Source: Psammoneis japonica
Lineage: Eukaryota
Direction: 5' to 3'
NCBI GenBank assembly: GCA_008632985.1
Contig: QPGO01000030.1
Coordinates: 372,001 to 423,754, forward strand
DNA: 51,754 nt
The stretch's first letter is position 1, and each line of letters begins with the position of its first letter. Shown one piece after another: positions 21,828 to 35,866 of this stretch. The position numbers were made by a program, and so were the translations under genes. The notes under the pieces were generated by a model. That model was not told the origin of the DNA and ran no database searches. It saw nothing but the letters and a program-made list of their open reading frames with translations.

Positions 21828-22841
21828 ATGAGATTTCCCTCGGCCCCGTTGACAACACTTGAGAGTCGTACGTCCAGCTCATGTTGGATACCAGAGCATA
21901 AGAAAGACTTTGATCCTTCGAAGACTATCGATCAATCTGTATTTGATGACGCAGAGGACGACGACTCTCCAGTATGTCCTCCGGCGGACGCTGTCCCTGC
22001 CAAGCTTACGAGCACCGATTCCTCGGTTCTTCCTAGCGACGACTCGTCTCTACAGAGGCTCATAGCGGCGTCAGCCTTGTGCGAGCAAGCGAGTAACCCT
22101 CGGTTTTCCAGTAGCGAATCCGTTGGCCGGATGTCCAGTCTGGAATCCACCGCTTCCTTTCCACCTACTTCTGCAGATTTCGGAAAGGGATCTTCTAGCG
22201 CCGACCAGATCCAGGCCCTACTTTCATCCATTACGAAAGATGATCAAAATCGGGGTAATCAACAACAACTTTCGACCTACGACTACATTACTCAGGGAAT
22301 GACAAAACTGCAAAGTGCTAAGCCTCCCCCCGCCCCCGCCCCCAAGTCAATTCCTATGATGGCTCTGAAGCCGCTGGTGAAATATAGATATGTTCCTCCT
22401 CCAGCCCTGAAGAGCAGCCAGAAGCGAGTATACGTCGAGGACATAAGGGAGTACGACGTGCTTTGTGGTCGAGGCGGCAAAAGTAACCATCATCTTGGTA
22501 AGTCAAATCTTCATATCTCAAATCAAATGGGGTGACAAAACACTGATTTTATTCTTGGCATCCTTGACCATATAGGCAACAAGCGCTACCGTCAGGTTGT
22601 GAGCGATATGAAAGCGGGCTACAGAGGGATTTCTGCCAAGACAGCCAAGACGGATCTTAGCAGGCAGATCGTCGATCACGTTATTGCTTATGGTGGACGC
22701 TTTCTAAAGAAAGAGGCAAAGTCTGGCAGATATTTCATAATGAAGCACGACGAGGCACGGAAAAAGACCAGCCAAGCGTTGAGGGAAACCAAGGAACTCA
22801 AGTGGACGCTCGACCGCCATGGCTTCCCGCTAGCAACATAG
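21828..22841 (+). CDS. DUF6824-domain protein (diatom-expanded family)
   Basis: YDVLCGRGGKSNHHLG|NKRYR...IVDHV...GGRFLKK...ARKKTSQALRE. Intron 22498-22575. Confidence 0.85.
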
Positions 22842-23434
22842 TCTATGTAATATCGTGTTAAAGTTGAGTTTATGTGTTGTCCTTGACGCTTCTACTTGAC
22901 TGAAGAGCCATTCCGCAATCTACTTTGCGCCACGTAGCGTTCCGTATTACTTGTACGTTGGTATGACTCACTTTCGACTTCGTCGTCAGTGTTGGAGTGA
23001 GTCGAATGATCCGTATATCTTCCTGTCATGGTTTTATTGTCCTATCAGTGATCATCTTATGCTTGTTTCCTTCTAATGTAAACGCGTTCAACGGCGGAAT
23101 CGTCGCGAACAATCACCATGGTGCCCTCACCGACAGCGAACGGCGACGGCCGCCCGCCCCGTACCTTCAGTACCAGATCCTACGTATGACTGACGCAACC
23201 CCGACTCGCTGATCCATCTGTCTGTCTGTCGCTCGGCACATGCACGTTTCACCACTCGGCCTGTCCGCCACACCAACGTGCGTTGCCGGGTTGCCGCCCA
23301 GCCACATCCGTCCGCACACCGCACACCCCACACTGAACACGCCGAGCTTTGTTAGAGATTGCTGTGATATGGATCGAACATGTTAGCATGTTGGATCTTA
23401 TTGGACGGCTCTTTTCTTCAATCAGTGGGAAACG

Positions 23435-26166
23435 ATGACTAGTGAGACAAACGAAGCTGGACAGGAAGCAGTCGGCGATGTTAATGCTGAAGATGCTTCC
23501 CCTGAGCGCAACTCGCCTTTGAGCAAAGCGCCCGAGTCCGCAGTCGCTACTGATGACGAGGCAACAGGTGCGCAGCATGATTGGTCTGCCTTTCATGATC
23601 AGAGTGGACGGCTTTACTATTACAACAATGTAACCGGGGAGAGTTCCTGGGATGAACCAGAAAAATATAATCCTCCTCCAGTGGAATCAGCCGAAGCTTC
23701 GGGAGATGGTATGGAAACCGAAACAAATCAAGCAGATCAAGAGCCAGAATCAACGTCGCCAACCGCACAAACGGCTGAATCATCCGCGGGCCCGTGGACT
23801 GTTCACCACGATGATGAAGGTCGAGAGTACTACTACAACGCAGACACAGGGGAGACTCAGTGGGAGAAACCAGACTCTTTCGAGCCCGTGCCTGCGTTTG
23901 ATGAAAAGGAGTCAAGCCGATCCTCCCCGCAGCGTGTCCAATCTCCAACCACTACGCCAACTGCCGGCACACCTGATGCGACTATGAAAGAAGAAGTTGA
24001 GCCAGAAGTTGAGGAAGAGATAGACCCAGAAGTAAAGAAGCTCCAGGATGCAGAAAAGGCTTTGAACGAACCGGATGCAGTAATGGAACCTGCATGTTGG
24101 GATAACGTATTAGCAGTCGTAGAAGGCTTAGGGCAAGCCGAGGGCGGCCAGAAAGCGATGCAAGCCATCGTAGCCAGTTATAACGGTGAGACGGCAGTTT
24201 GTGGCTTACTTACGCGCTGGTTAGGAGAGCTGAAGACAGAGTCAGCATCGGGCTTGTCCTCCAAGCCGACCCAGCAGCCAAGCGTACCGGTATCTTCAAA
24301 CGCTGCTGACGGCACACGAGAAATTGTGCAAGATATGATCACTCGCATTGCCAAAGAAAAGTTTACAAAAACTTTAGGAGACAACATCCTCAACCTTGAC
24401 AAGAAATCTGTTTCTTTTTTAGAGGCTATGATGGACTCTAGTCGGTGGCGAAGTCTTCTGATTGATCTGTCGGCGACAAACAAGGACAGCGCTTTGCTTA
24501 TGTACTGTCTGGAGTCGATATCGAAGCGAGGTCACCACAGAGAAATTGCTAAACGGATCAATCAGTCTGATCACTTCGCTGTGTATAATGCGATGCTTGC
24601 ATCTGAGTTTGGAGTTCTAGGTAAAGCTGCTGTTTCTGCCTGCGATGACGGCGAACTGAGCATGGGCGTCGACGGACTTGTGGCGGATCTGAAGCGGGCG
24701 TGTACTTCCACATCGTACACATATTTGTATGCGGTCGAGGTAAGTGCATGCAACGCTTTTTTAGAGACTTTTGACTTTGATTGGTACCATCTCAGGGAAA
24801 GTTTGACTCCCCCCAGCTTCTGCGAGAACTCATTTCAGTGTCTAAGGAGACGAAGCCTGCAAGCGAATTGACATCAGTGCGGGCACACAGAGCTTCGTGG
24901 AAATGGGAACGACTGAGGGAAGAGTTGGCGAATGCAATGATTGATCCACACGTGCCTTCGGACGGGACATCTCCTCTTTTTCGAAAACGACGACTCGATG
25001 TTGCTCTTGCCGTGAGTGAACTGTACCAACAACAGCGTCGTCGTCGCAAGCCTTCGCTGGAGGACGTGGTCAAGGAGCATGGCAACGTCAGTCACTCTGA
25101 TTCACTCGAGACGGCGCTTCTGAACTTGCTGAGGAGGAATTTCTTGGGGACACGCATGGACGATCGGCTTTTGGACCAAATGTTACAGAGTGAGACTGGG
25201 CTGGGTTCCGGTGGAGAGATCGGCAAACTTCTTATCATGAATCCCTTAGCAATCCGCGTACTCCTCGGGCATCTTTTCAAACCAGCTGCTTCTCGAGTTC
25301 TTTCGTCGCAAACAAAGCAAAAAGTCGCACGCCTTGTTTCATTGGCAGTAGTAGCTGCCGAGAAGAGCGCCTCAAGCGCAATATCCCAGTCATCGGATTC
25401 CTCCACTGCCTTCGATTCTGACGAGGTTTCCATCACCGAGACGATTATTTCGGCTAGCAATCTATGTGCTCGGATGGAAAATATGGTAAGCTTCACTGTC
25501 AGTGAAGATATGGTCAAGTCAGATGATGTTTCGTCACCAGGAAGGAGGCTCTCGACTTTGGCAATGAAGAGCGCTTGTATTGCTCAAGGCGTCGTGATGT
25601 GGGCCATGGAAATTGCACGAGGGCCTGAATTTGTCACCTCGGCTTCCTACCCGACATTGACGCCTAGCATGCTCTCTCTTTTACGACTTATTAGTCTTCG
25701 GCACCCTTTCACTCGGAGGTCTATTCTAGAAGTGACATTTATCTTCCTGAAGCACTCGAACTCCGACATCTCTTATCAAAAAATGAACGAGATCAAGGAG
25801 CAAAGTTTGAGATTGCTCCTCCTTTTGCTTGTCAAAGGGGAAGCCTGTTCAGTTCTTGGGGAAATATCTCGGCGTCTTAAGCAGCAAGGAAACCCGGAGA
25901 TCGATGCGTCACTCGTGCGATACTTCGTGAGTGGTCTGTTGGATGTTCTCCGACCACCGTTTTCCCTGCCTCTTGTGAGATCCTTAGGGCAGTTGTTATC
26001 AGCGCCAAGGTGCATGGAAGCCTTGAGATCTTCGTATTTCGGGCAGCCAGACAAGCAGAAGCTCAAAGCGATTCTCGCTCGTTTCAAGGATACTCTTTCC
26101 CATCGAGATATAAGCTCCGACGAAGACTCGACTCTTGTAGAGTCTCTTGTCCTTGCCTACAAGTAG
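23435..26166 (+). CDS. NELFCD: Negative elongation factor C/D (TH1-like) with two N-terminal WW domains
   Basis: WW domains WSAFHDQSGRLYYYNNVTGESSWDEP and WTVHHDDEGREYYYNADTGETQWEKP. TH1-like motifs DAVMEP, YNGETAVCGLLTRWL, RWRSLLIDLS..SALLMYCLESISKRGH and TYLYA. Intron 24740-24816. Confidence 0.75.
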
Positions 26167-26322
26167 TGAAGGGCGGGCGGTATGTCTTTGGATGAGCTGA
26201 GATACTGATGACGCTACGGATTATCTGAAATGAGAAAGAGCTATAGTTACGTTGAATGAATGGACTTTCGCCCTATCCCATCGTTGTTTCCTCTTGTCTC
26301 CCTTCGCTGTCATATTCAATAT

Positions 26323-29300
26323 TCAATGCATGATGGAAACAGAAAACAGCGCGTCGTCGATGATTTTCCAGGTTTCCTGGTCAACCTCATCGCACTGTAG
26401 TAGTGTCGTCAATGCAGATCTACAGCGTGCCGCTTCTTCAGCAAGTACGTCGCTGGTACAAACATGCATGCCGTAACAACAAACAGCAAGAGGAGGAACC
26501 TGGAGTAAAGTACGGGTAACGGGGACAAAACGTTAGCAATCGAGTGGCGCGGTTGATCATGTTGAGGTTGCTGATTAGAAAGGCACAAACCTACCTAGCT
26601 CTGACCGTTGTGAGTGCTTCCCGTTCGAGTCGGTTGCATTTTTCGCCGTCGCCCTTGTTCGAAAATTGCGCTTCGCGAGAAACGTAGTTTTCGCTCTGCT
26701 TGATTATTTTGCGAAGTCTTTGGTTGTCTTCTTGAAGGTCACGGAGAAGTACCCTTGTTTCAAAGAGTCCTTCGTCGCATTCGGTATCCACTTCGTCGCT
26801 CTTCTTAGCTCCGTTCGTTTCCCTAAGGACGATAGACTTTGGCGGCTTATGATTACCAACATGTTGGACGTTGTTGATGAAGTCCCGATTATCATCTAGC
26901 TGTTGCAACTGGTCCTTCGGAGGGTTCGACTTTTCTTTCATCTCTTCATTTTCTGAAAGGCTGCCATGGCCAATTCCAGCCTTGATCAAGCTAGGCTGCA
27001 ACAGAGCCGATCCTTCTTCATGCAGTAGAGCCGTTACAATTGAAGATGGCTTGCAATCCTTGAGGAGTCTCTCCTTGGACTCCCTCTTGAGGTCTGCTTC
27101 CTTCTTCTCGGTCAGAAAGGCTCGAATGCATCTCTGAAGAGCTTGTGCCGAAGTCTTGAGCAGTCGATATTCCACGCGTCGCTTCCAAAGTCTGGCCTGG
27201 GTTTGAATCTTTACGGATGCGGATTCAATCATCGTGAATCGAAGACGCCATACGGCTTGCAGAAGAACGAATCCTCGTTTCATGCGGTGATAGCGGCTTC
27301 GCATTAAGAGCATGCGGCAGTTGTTGGTAAGCTTCTCGCCGGCGAGCGATGTCAAAAGTTTCAAATACCTGATAAGAACAGTGGAAACAAAGGAATGCTT
27401 AGAAAGTTGCGATATGGACACCGTACCGTTCCATCGCGAGAATTGCTGGTGTGATGATCTTACCTTTTGCGCTGTACGAATCCTCTGAAAACTTTCTGAA
27501 TATTGAGGGACGCAGACTTCATAGACGAGTACGCTCTACGTTGAAGCCTTCCCCTTACCCATCGCTGAAGCAACGTTGAAGAAGCACTGTGATGGAAAGA
27601 TCGATGGGCTTCTAGCGTGTCGTGGGACGCCTTTTTCAAGAAGACCTTTGAAATGCCAATCTGTATGTCTTCTTTTGTAATGTTCATCGTCACGTCCGTC
27701 GCAGATTCAGCTTGTACGACCCCGGCAGTGGTCGTTGGTTGCAACAATAGTTCTAACATTTGCATGCAGAGATCTCGCTTCCTCTGGTCATCGACCTGCC
27801 ACGGTAGCTGACTTGACGGAAGCAGCATTCGGTATCTCTGAAAGAAACCAGAAAGCGTAAGTCTGACGGGATAGCTGTTTCGAGCGACACGGATGGCCTC
27901 CAAGACTCCTCCGGTCCTAAGCTGATCTCGCAAACGCGCCTTCACCAAAATTCCGGGTTTGGCTTCATCGTTGGGCTTCAGACAACGAATGTAGTGCGGA
28001 TCTGACTGATCGATATTCTTGATCAGTCTCGAAAGCTGCTCCTTGAATTGTCCGCTGACGGTTTCCGCCTTCTTTTTCTTTGGCGCGTTCCCTGGCCTGG
28101 TAGCTGGTTTGCCACGCGAATCATCCTCGAGGCGTTGCACAGAATAGATCTCGCTCATGAGCTCACTCGTTGCCGTTTGAAACAGATGTTGCGCCGTCCA
28201 CGGGATCTCGTTCTTGTTCTTTTCCACGAATCCTGTTTGAGCCGAATAGTTCACGGGCCCCGCGAAGTGGTTGACGCAGAAAATGCCCTTTGCTTGCTGA
28301 ACGGGCGTAGCGCAAAAGCGAGTTCCCGTCTTATCGTCCGATAGTGGGAGAAGGTGCTTGTACATCCGTTTTGCCCAGTTGATGTCACTGCCTCTTGGGA
28401 GTCGAAGTTCATCATCCAACAAAGCAAAGATACCGTTTCTCGGGGCTTGAATGACATCGAGACAGTCTTGGTTGTCGGTAAACGAACCAAGCTCCCATTC
28501 GATTTGCTCTTCCTTGTACATCGCCTCCTCCATCTTGAAAACGTAATTGTTAAATTGCTGCTGTAGAGCCTCATTGGTGAAGTTGATGCAGAGCTGCTCG
28601 AACGAATTCACCGCGAAACATTCGAATCCGAAAATATCGAGCACGCCGATGGTACGAGTTTCAGGAAGAGCTTCCTCTTTCCACCGAATACTCTTATTCA
28701 CTTGCTCCACCAACCAGAGAAACAAAGCGGCATATATGGTCTTTGCCAGTGCGTCCCTGGCATCGGCGGCTTTGTCAGCCGAGTGCGGCGTCCTGATTTC
28801 TTGTCCGCGAGCAACAAGTACGCGAACAGTCATGGCTGTCTTGAGCGTCTCTTGCTCGACACCCAACAGGCGAGCGGAGGCTTTCAGCTTCTCCTCATTT
28901 GCAATTACGGCCGTTGCAACCCCATTTCCGTCTTCTTCCGACTTGAAGGAGATCTGTCCCATGTGAAGGAGTCCTGCCACAAGAGACAAGACGCTCTCAA
29001 TCCTGTCGTCGGACCACCCCAAGCTCTTCATAGCCTTGAGGGTGCACTGGAACGCTTCCTCGTCGGAGAATTCTCGTAGCCGCGGCGCTCCACCTTGTCC
29101 GGTAAAGTGAAAGCAACTCGCGAGATCACCATCTTGGCTTTCTTGCGTAAAATCGAAACGTTCTTTTTGCTCGTCCGTCGCTCCTCGCAACAACTGGTAG
29201 AAAATGTGGTAGTTTCGTTCCTTTTGCGAATGAGACACAAGCCGCACTCGTTCGAGAAGGTAGGTCTGTACCTTTGCGCCGAGGAGGTTGCCGTTGGCGC

Positions 29301-30127
29301 TGAATCCAAGGTCGACGAATTTCCCAAACCTCGAGGAGTTGTCGTTGCGAAGAGTCCGTGCATTCCCAAAGGCTTCGAGGATAGGATTCGACTGCAAGAC
29401 TCGATCCATGATGCTCGGCTCGTCTTTTACCTCGCTTGTTCCGGACGAGCCGAGAGCAGTAAGGTACTGGACAACGTATTTTGTCGACTCGGTCTTGCCG
29501 GCTCCACTTTCACCCGAAATCAAAATAGACTGCGACCTTCTCTCTCTATTCGTCATTTGATGGAATGCCTTGTCGGCGACAGCGAAGACGTGAGGTGCTA
29601 GTCTCGTTTCGTCGGCGTCCTTCGACATGGACAGTTGCAAGCCGTTGGAGCGGTAGCTGTCCAGTATATCCTGTAGGAATCGACAAGACAATTTGAGAGA
29701 ATCGCAATGACAAAGAGCAATGTTTTCCACTTGCGATTCTACGTACGTTTGAGTATGCCGGAATATGCTTGAACGGATTTACCGCGATCAACACGGCGCC
29801 GGTCCACGTGTAGATCTTGTCCTCGTGAAATCTCTGCGAGATTGAGTGGAGGATGGCGGGCTCGTTTAGATACGGCAACATTGTCAGATCCTCGTTCGAA
29901 CCGCCGCTCGCTTTGTCCGGCATTCCGTCGTTGGCGAGTTGAACGCCGCGGTACTTTGTCTCGTTGGTTCCACGAGGCGAATCTTGGGCGGGACAGGAAA
30001 TCGTCACGTCGGGTCTGTCCACCGGCTGAACGCAGAGTTCTTCGTCCGTTCGCGATGTAACGATAGCCAAGATCCATGCCTCATCACTGTCGGTGTCGCA
30101 GTACCAAACACTCGCACCGACTTGCAT
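26323..30127 (-). CDS. Myosin heavy chain (N-terminal SH3-like region, motor, IQ motifs, short coiled-coil tail)
   Basis: Motifs DLTMLPYLNEPAIL, GESGAGKTES, LEAFGNARTLRNDNSSRFGK, DIFGFE and PHYIRCLKPN, then IQ motifs. Introns 29746-29671 and 27463-27369. Last exon and stop are approximate. Confidence 0.92.
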
Positions 30128-30624
30128 GGTTTGGCGGGCAAATGGAAAAATGTGATGAACGATAAACGCGCTTGGTTTCTGGAGCCGGTCAACGCAGCTA
30201 TCCAATGCTGTATAACAAGATAAGACAACGCGTCGACGGTTGCGATATGGGAACGGAGGTGAGCAGTTTGTTTCAATAGAAGGTCGTCGTCGACGGTCTC
30301 GAGTCTGGCGGCGGCACTCGGCGTTGAAATTGTGTCGTCGCGGGGATCGAGCGCAAATCCAAAAATGGGAAAGCATTCTTAACGTGATTATTTGTACTAA
30401 GATTACGTATGTAGAAACTTGTAGAAAGATCCCTATTGTACAAAACATGCTGACTCTACGACAACTGGCATTGGAAACGCGCCTTTCCTCGCGCGCGGGG
30501 AGGGAAGCTTGTGGAAGCTCCGTGCGTGAAGGGACAAAAAAATGGCGGCGGGGTCGTGAGATGAGTGAGGTTTGAACGCATTGAGCACCTTAGTTTGAGC
30601 GACTAGTTGGTGAGGTTTTCGAAC

Positions 30625-33600
30625 ATGACGAGCTACGGTAGCGTAGATGTCAAAGGCAAAAGAGTTGATGAAGGCTCCAACACAGCATCTGCCGAGGCCA
30701 CACCTCTGATTCGACCGGAGAATGGCTACGCTGTTGCGACCGAGGACGTTTCTTGGTGGGATTCTCTTACTTTCTCCTGGTTCAGTCCACTTCTAGCACG
30801 AGGTAACGAGAAGCAGAAGCTCGATCCTGAAGACTTGGAGTTGTTGCCGCTCCCCTCCGAGTTTGAATCGGCAAACGTCACGAGTATCTTTGAAAAGTAC
30901 TGGGAAGAGGAACTGAAACGTGCCGCCGCCGCCGCTAGCACAGAAGGAAAAGGAGCGAGCAAGGGACTGTTTGTCTCTCCATCTCTAGTAAGATGTCTCT
31001 TTCGTGCCTTTGGCGCGGACTTTATCAAGGCTGGCATGTACAAGTTTGTTCACGACGTGGCCTTGTTTGTGGGCCCACAAGTGCTGAATCGACTCATTTA
31101 TTTTCTCCGCGACGCCGACGCGCCCCTCTCCCAGGGCCTTTTGCTAACATTGGTAGTGACACTATCGCAGCTTACAATGTCATTATGTGTTCGACACTAC
31201 TTCTTCAAGTGCTACATTACGGGCCTCAGAATTCGCACGTCCGTGGTTGTTGCTATTTACAAAAAGGCGCTTGCGATTTCTTCCGGAGAGCGGCAAATAC
31301 GAACGACGGGAGAAATCACAAACTTAATGTCGATTGACGCGCAGCGAATGCAAGACCTTATCACGTATCTTCACGCCATCTGGTATTCCTTTCTACAAAT
31401 TGGGATGGCTCTTTTCTTCTTGTGGCAACAGCTAGGCTCCAGCTGCCTCGGGGGAGTGGCTGTTATTATTATTATGATTCCGGTGACAAAATCAGTAGCC
31501 AAATGGATGGGTTACATGCAGAAGAAGCTGATGAAGTCCAGAGATGCTCGTGTGGAACTCAATACAGAGGTTTTGGGGTCGATGAAGGTCATCAAGCTAC
31601 AAGCATGGGAGGAGCCGTTTCGAGAGCGAATCAACGCTTTGCGAGAAACTGAACTCGGTCAGCTGCTCAGATACATTGTTGGAATCAGCTTTTCTGGTAT
31701 GATTTGGAATGGTACGCCACTAGCGGTAGCACTTGCCACCTTTACCACCTACACATTGACTGGTAATCAACTAGAAGTCGCATCAGCGCTTACGGCACTC
31801 GCCCTCTTTGACATTCTGCGCTTCCCATTATTCATGCTTCCTCAAGGTAAGGTCATCGCTCTTTGCTCTTTGGGCTGTGTATTCTTCGCACTATTCCAAT
31901 TTTTTTAACACATGTTTGCTTCATATTTGTACTCCAAGTTGTCAACAACATTGTGGAAGCCTCCGTGTCTTTCAAACGTGTGACTACCTTTCTTTTGTGC
32001 GACGAGCATGAGCCTGTGTCTCCAGGGGGTCTCCGTGAGCCTGGTATCGCAATCGATAATGCAACATTTGCGTACGAAACAAACAAGCTCGTTGTGACTG
32101 GGGCAGATGTCCAGTCAAAAGACGTCGAGTTGACGGACGCCAAGTGGGAGGTCGCCCTTCTCAAAGCTCAGCTAAACGAGGCCGAAACGAGGATCAAGGA
32201 GCTAACCAGCGCTGATGTCGCCGCGTCATCGCCGGAGGAAGAGTCGACGGAGCTTGACCCCACGTCACCTCCTAACCTCCTTTGCTTGAAAAGGATAAAT
32301 TTTGTGTGCGGCAAAGGCGAGCTTGTGGTTGTTGTTGGAGGTAAGAGTTTCTTATTTGTGAAGTGTATTCGTTGAAAGAAGAAAGAAGAAGTAGGCTCAC
32401 CAAGCTTGAGTTCTCTTTTCTGCATACAGGCGTAGGTTGTGGAAAGTCTTCGTTCATAAACGCAATTCTTGGTGAAGTCAAGGCCTTGGCAGGTACAGTT
32501 CATGCCAAAGGCTCCATGGCATGTTTTTCGCAGAACCCCTTCATCTTGAACGCTTCTGTGAAAGACAACATTCTCTTTAGCCACGTCGACGAACCATTCG
32601 ACGACAAAAAGTATCAAAGGTGTATATCATGCTGCGCCTTGACGCATGACCTAGCGATGTTGCCGGCCGCTGATAGAACAGAAATCGGAGAAAAGGGCGT
32701 AACTCTCAGTGGCGGACAGAAAGCACGTGTGGCAATGGCCAGAGCCGTCTACCACGACGCTGACATTTGCTTGTTGGACGAGTAAGCGTTGGTTTCGAAG
32801 CGTTCTACGGTCTTTTCTCGTCATCGTCGTCTAACTTGTTGAATACCCTGTCGCTCATCTTTGCTAGCCCACTTGCTGCCGTGGATGCACATGTCGGAAA
32901 GCACATTTTCCAGAACTGTATAATCAATGAGCTCCTACTTCGAGATGGGGAGGGAGAAGCGACTCGCTCTGAATCTGTGGAAAGGAAAAGGACTGTCATA
33001 CTCGTAACCAACGCACTGCAATACCTAACAAGCCCTTTCGTTGACCGTATTGTGGTTTTGAATGAAGGGCGTGTGGTTGAGGAGGGAACGTACACAGAAC
33101 TTTGTAGCACGGATTCTACATTTGCTCGCTTTCTAGCAGTGATGAATGAAACTGGGGAGGTTCCAGGATGCGGTGATGTATCAACGACTGACGACGCGTC
33201 TGACTCATCTTCCCTTGATTCTGCGTTCGTTGAGAACTTGTCCGCCCTAGACAATACAAATGACGAACCTGAAGTAGCCAGGATCCTCTCACCGCGACTT
33301 TCAATATCGAAAACTCAGGTTTCTCCTGAAAAAGATGGTGGAGATGGACAACCAAGGCGGGAGTCGAGGAGAAGGTCTTCTTCTGCGGGAACTAGGAAAA
33401 GCTTTTCCGCGCTAATGACGGACGAACTTCGAGAGCGCGAGATCGGTCATGTAGATCGGCGGGTGTACCTTGCCTGGGCCAAGGCTGCTGGAGGAGTCTG
33501 GATTTTGTTTGCATTCCTCCTTGGTTACGGAGGTGTTGAAGCATTCAGCGTTCTTTCGAAGTATTGGCTTACTTATTGGTCAAACCACGGAGACGAGTCA

Positions 33601-35741
33601 GGAACCTTTTTTCTGGAAATATATGCTCTCATCAACATAGGAGCAATTCTTGCCAGATTCTGCCAGTTACTTTTCGTCTCGTTGTGCGGTCTAAGGGCAT
33701 CACGTGTGGTGGGTAGTCGGTTGTTTAGCAACTCTCCTCTTTCATCTCTCCCTTTCAATGAACCTTTCGCTGAAGTCTTGCTGTTGTCTTTCTCGAATTC
33801 TCGCAGCTTTTCACCCGTCTTTTGGACTCAGTGCTTGAAGCTCCAATGTCCTTTTTCGATCGTACGCCAATCGGCAGGATCACGAATCGATTCAGTAAAG
33901 GTAAGTGTCAGTTACAGTTCGATTAGTTGGCTTGTGGTGATGACCGTGATCTCACTCAGCAGCAACATCTTTCCAGACGTTTACACGGTCGATGAACAGC
34001 TGATTGCGACCTTGAAGAGTTACTTTTCCACGTTGTTCACTGTGCTGTCTACTATCATTGTTATATCTGGAATTACACCAGTTTTCACGCTTTGCCTCAT
34101 TCCCATTATCGCATTCTACGCCTTGCAACAAAGATACTTCACGGTATGTTTGTGCTTCTCGTTTTTTAATGCCACATCCTTGTGTCTAGGCTTATCACTT
34201 TGATCTTTGTTAATAGGTGACGTATCGTGAGCTCAAGCGATTAGACTCGATCAATCGATCTCCTCTGTATGCATTATTGGGTGAAACACTTGATGGAGTC
34301 TTGACAATCCGAGCATTTGAAGCCCAGAAGTCGCTGGCTTCTCGGATGGTGTCGAACCTTGACAAGCAGCAACACGCCTATTTTCTTACATGCTCTGCCC
34401 AGTGTTGGCTAGCCGTCCGCCTTGAACTTGTCGGAACCCTCATTATCACGTTCGCCTGTCTTTGTTCAGTTCTCCAGCACGGTCGGCTGGGTGGGAACGA
34501 AAGCTTTGCTGGTCTCGCTGGGCTTTCAATCTCGTTCGCTCTAACCGTCACTCAGAGCTTAAACTGGAGCGTCAGGATGGGAAGCGACTTTGAAGCAAAC
34601 ATGGTAAGATCCGGTTTCTGCCTAATATTCGTTGTCTACTGAATACACAGTGACCCGAGAACGTCAGCTTACTCTGTAGTCAATGTGTTGGTGTAGGTTG
34701 CTGTTGAGCGAATTCAGCAGTACACACAGATAAGAAGCGAGGCTCCACGACACACAGACGCAGATCTCACTGTGTCGAAGACGTGGCCTGAGAATGGCCG
34801 GATCGACTTTGTTGGTGTGACGCTGAGATACCGACCAGGCCTCCCTCTTGTCCTCAAAGGATTGGATCTGAATATTCCGGCCGGGAGCAAGGTCGGGGTT
34901 GTGGGAAGGTAATTGCAACGAGTTATAGCGGCTCTGGACATTGATCAATCTAATCAGTGTTATTTTACATTTCTTTATCCGTTATTCGCCCTACAGAACC
35001 GGTGCTGGAAAGTCCACTTTAATGGTGGCGCTGCTAAGGATTGTTGAGCTTGATGCAGGAAATATACTCATTGATGGAGTTGACATACGCACCATTGGTT
35101 TAAGCAAATTGCGGTCCAGCATTGCCGTGATTCCTCAAGATCCAGTTTTGTTTTCTGGAAGTGTCAGAACAAATTTGGATCCTTTTGAGGAGTACACAGA
35201 CGATAGACTGTATGACGTCCTTTCTCGAGTTGGACTGTTCTCAAATGCCAGAGGCGAGACTTCTACCACCAGTCTTTCATCGCTCGCCCACACCGCCGTT
35301 CAGTCATTAGCCGATCAAGTTAGCGAAGGTGGCAGCAATTTTTCAGTAGGACAACGGCAGCTACTTGTCATCGCCCGAGCGCTCCTTTGTGGTGCCACTA
35401 TCGTAATCATGGACGAAGCCACTGCTGCAATTGATGTTGATACTGATTCGAGAATAACACGGGTGATGCGAACTGAGTTTGAATCAGCCACAACCATCAC
35501 TGTCGCGCACCGACTTAATACTATTATGGACAGGTAAGTGTGACGAAAAATTTCGGCTTGAGTTGTCTCCATTTACTCTTACCATCTTGCACACTACAAA
35601 CCTTGACATTACAGTGATTATATTCTTGTAATGGACGATGGTCGCGCTGCCGAATTTGATCGCCCTGGAACCCTCCTGGAAAGAGGAGGGATGTTTAGAG
35701 ATCTTGTGGATGCTGCAGCCAAAGAAGAAGCCGGCGCGTAA
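30625..35741 (+). CDS. ABC transporter subfamily C (MRP-like), full-length, multi-intron
   Basis: TMD1 ([22 protein letters not shown]). NBD1 ([26 protein letters not shown]). TMD2 ([20 protein letters not shown]). NBD2 ([37 protein letters not shown]). Confidence 0.93.
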
Positions 35742-35866
35742 TAACAAAAAAAATGATCCACTATTGCTCTAGCTAGCTAGAGCGTGCGCTACTTAGACAA
35801 TGAAATAACCATCATGGCAGTCATTGTTATTCGACGTCTAGAGGATAAGCCAGATGATTACAGAAT

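Noticed and set aside
30128..30448. N-terminal extension of myosin in the 300-aa ORF
   Set aside because: Non-ATG start and non-protein-like sequence in the divergent myosin/ABCC promoter. ATG 30127 fits the SH3-like start.
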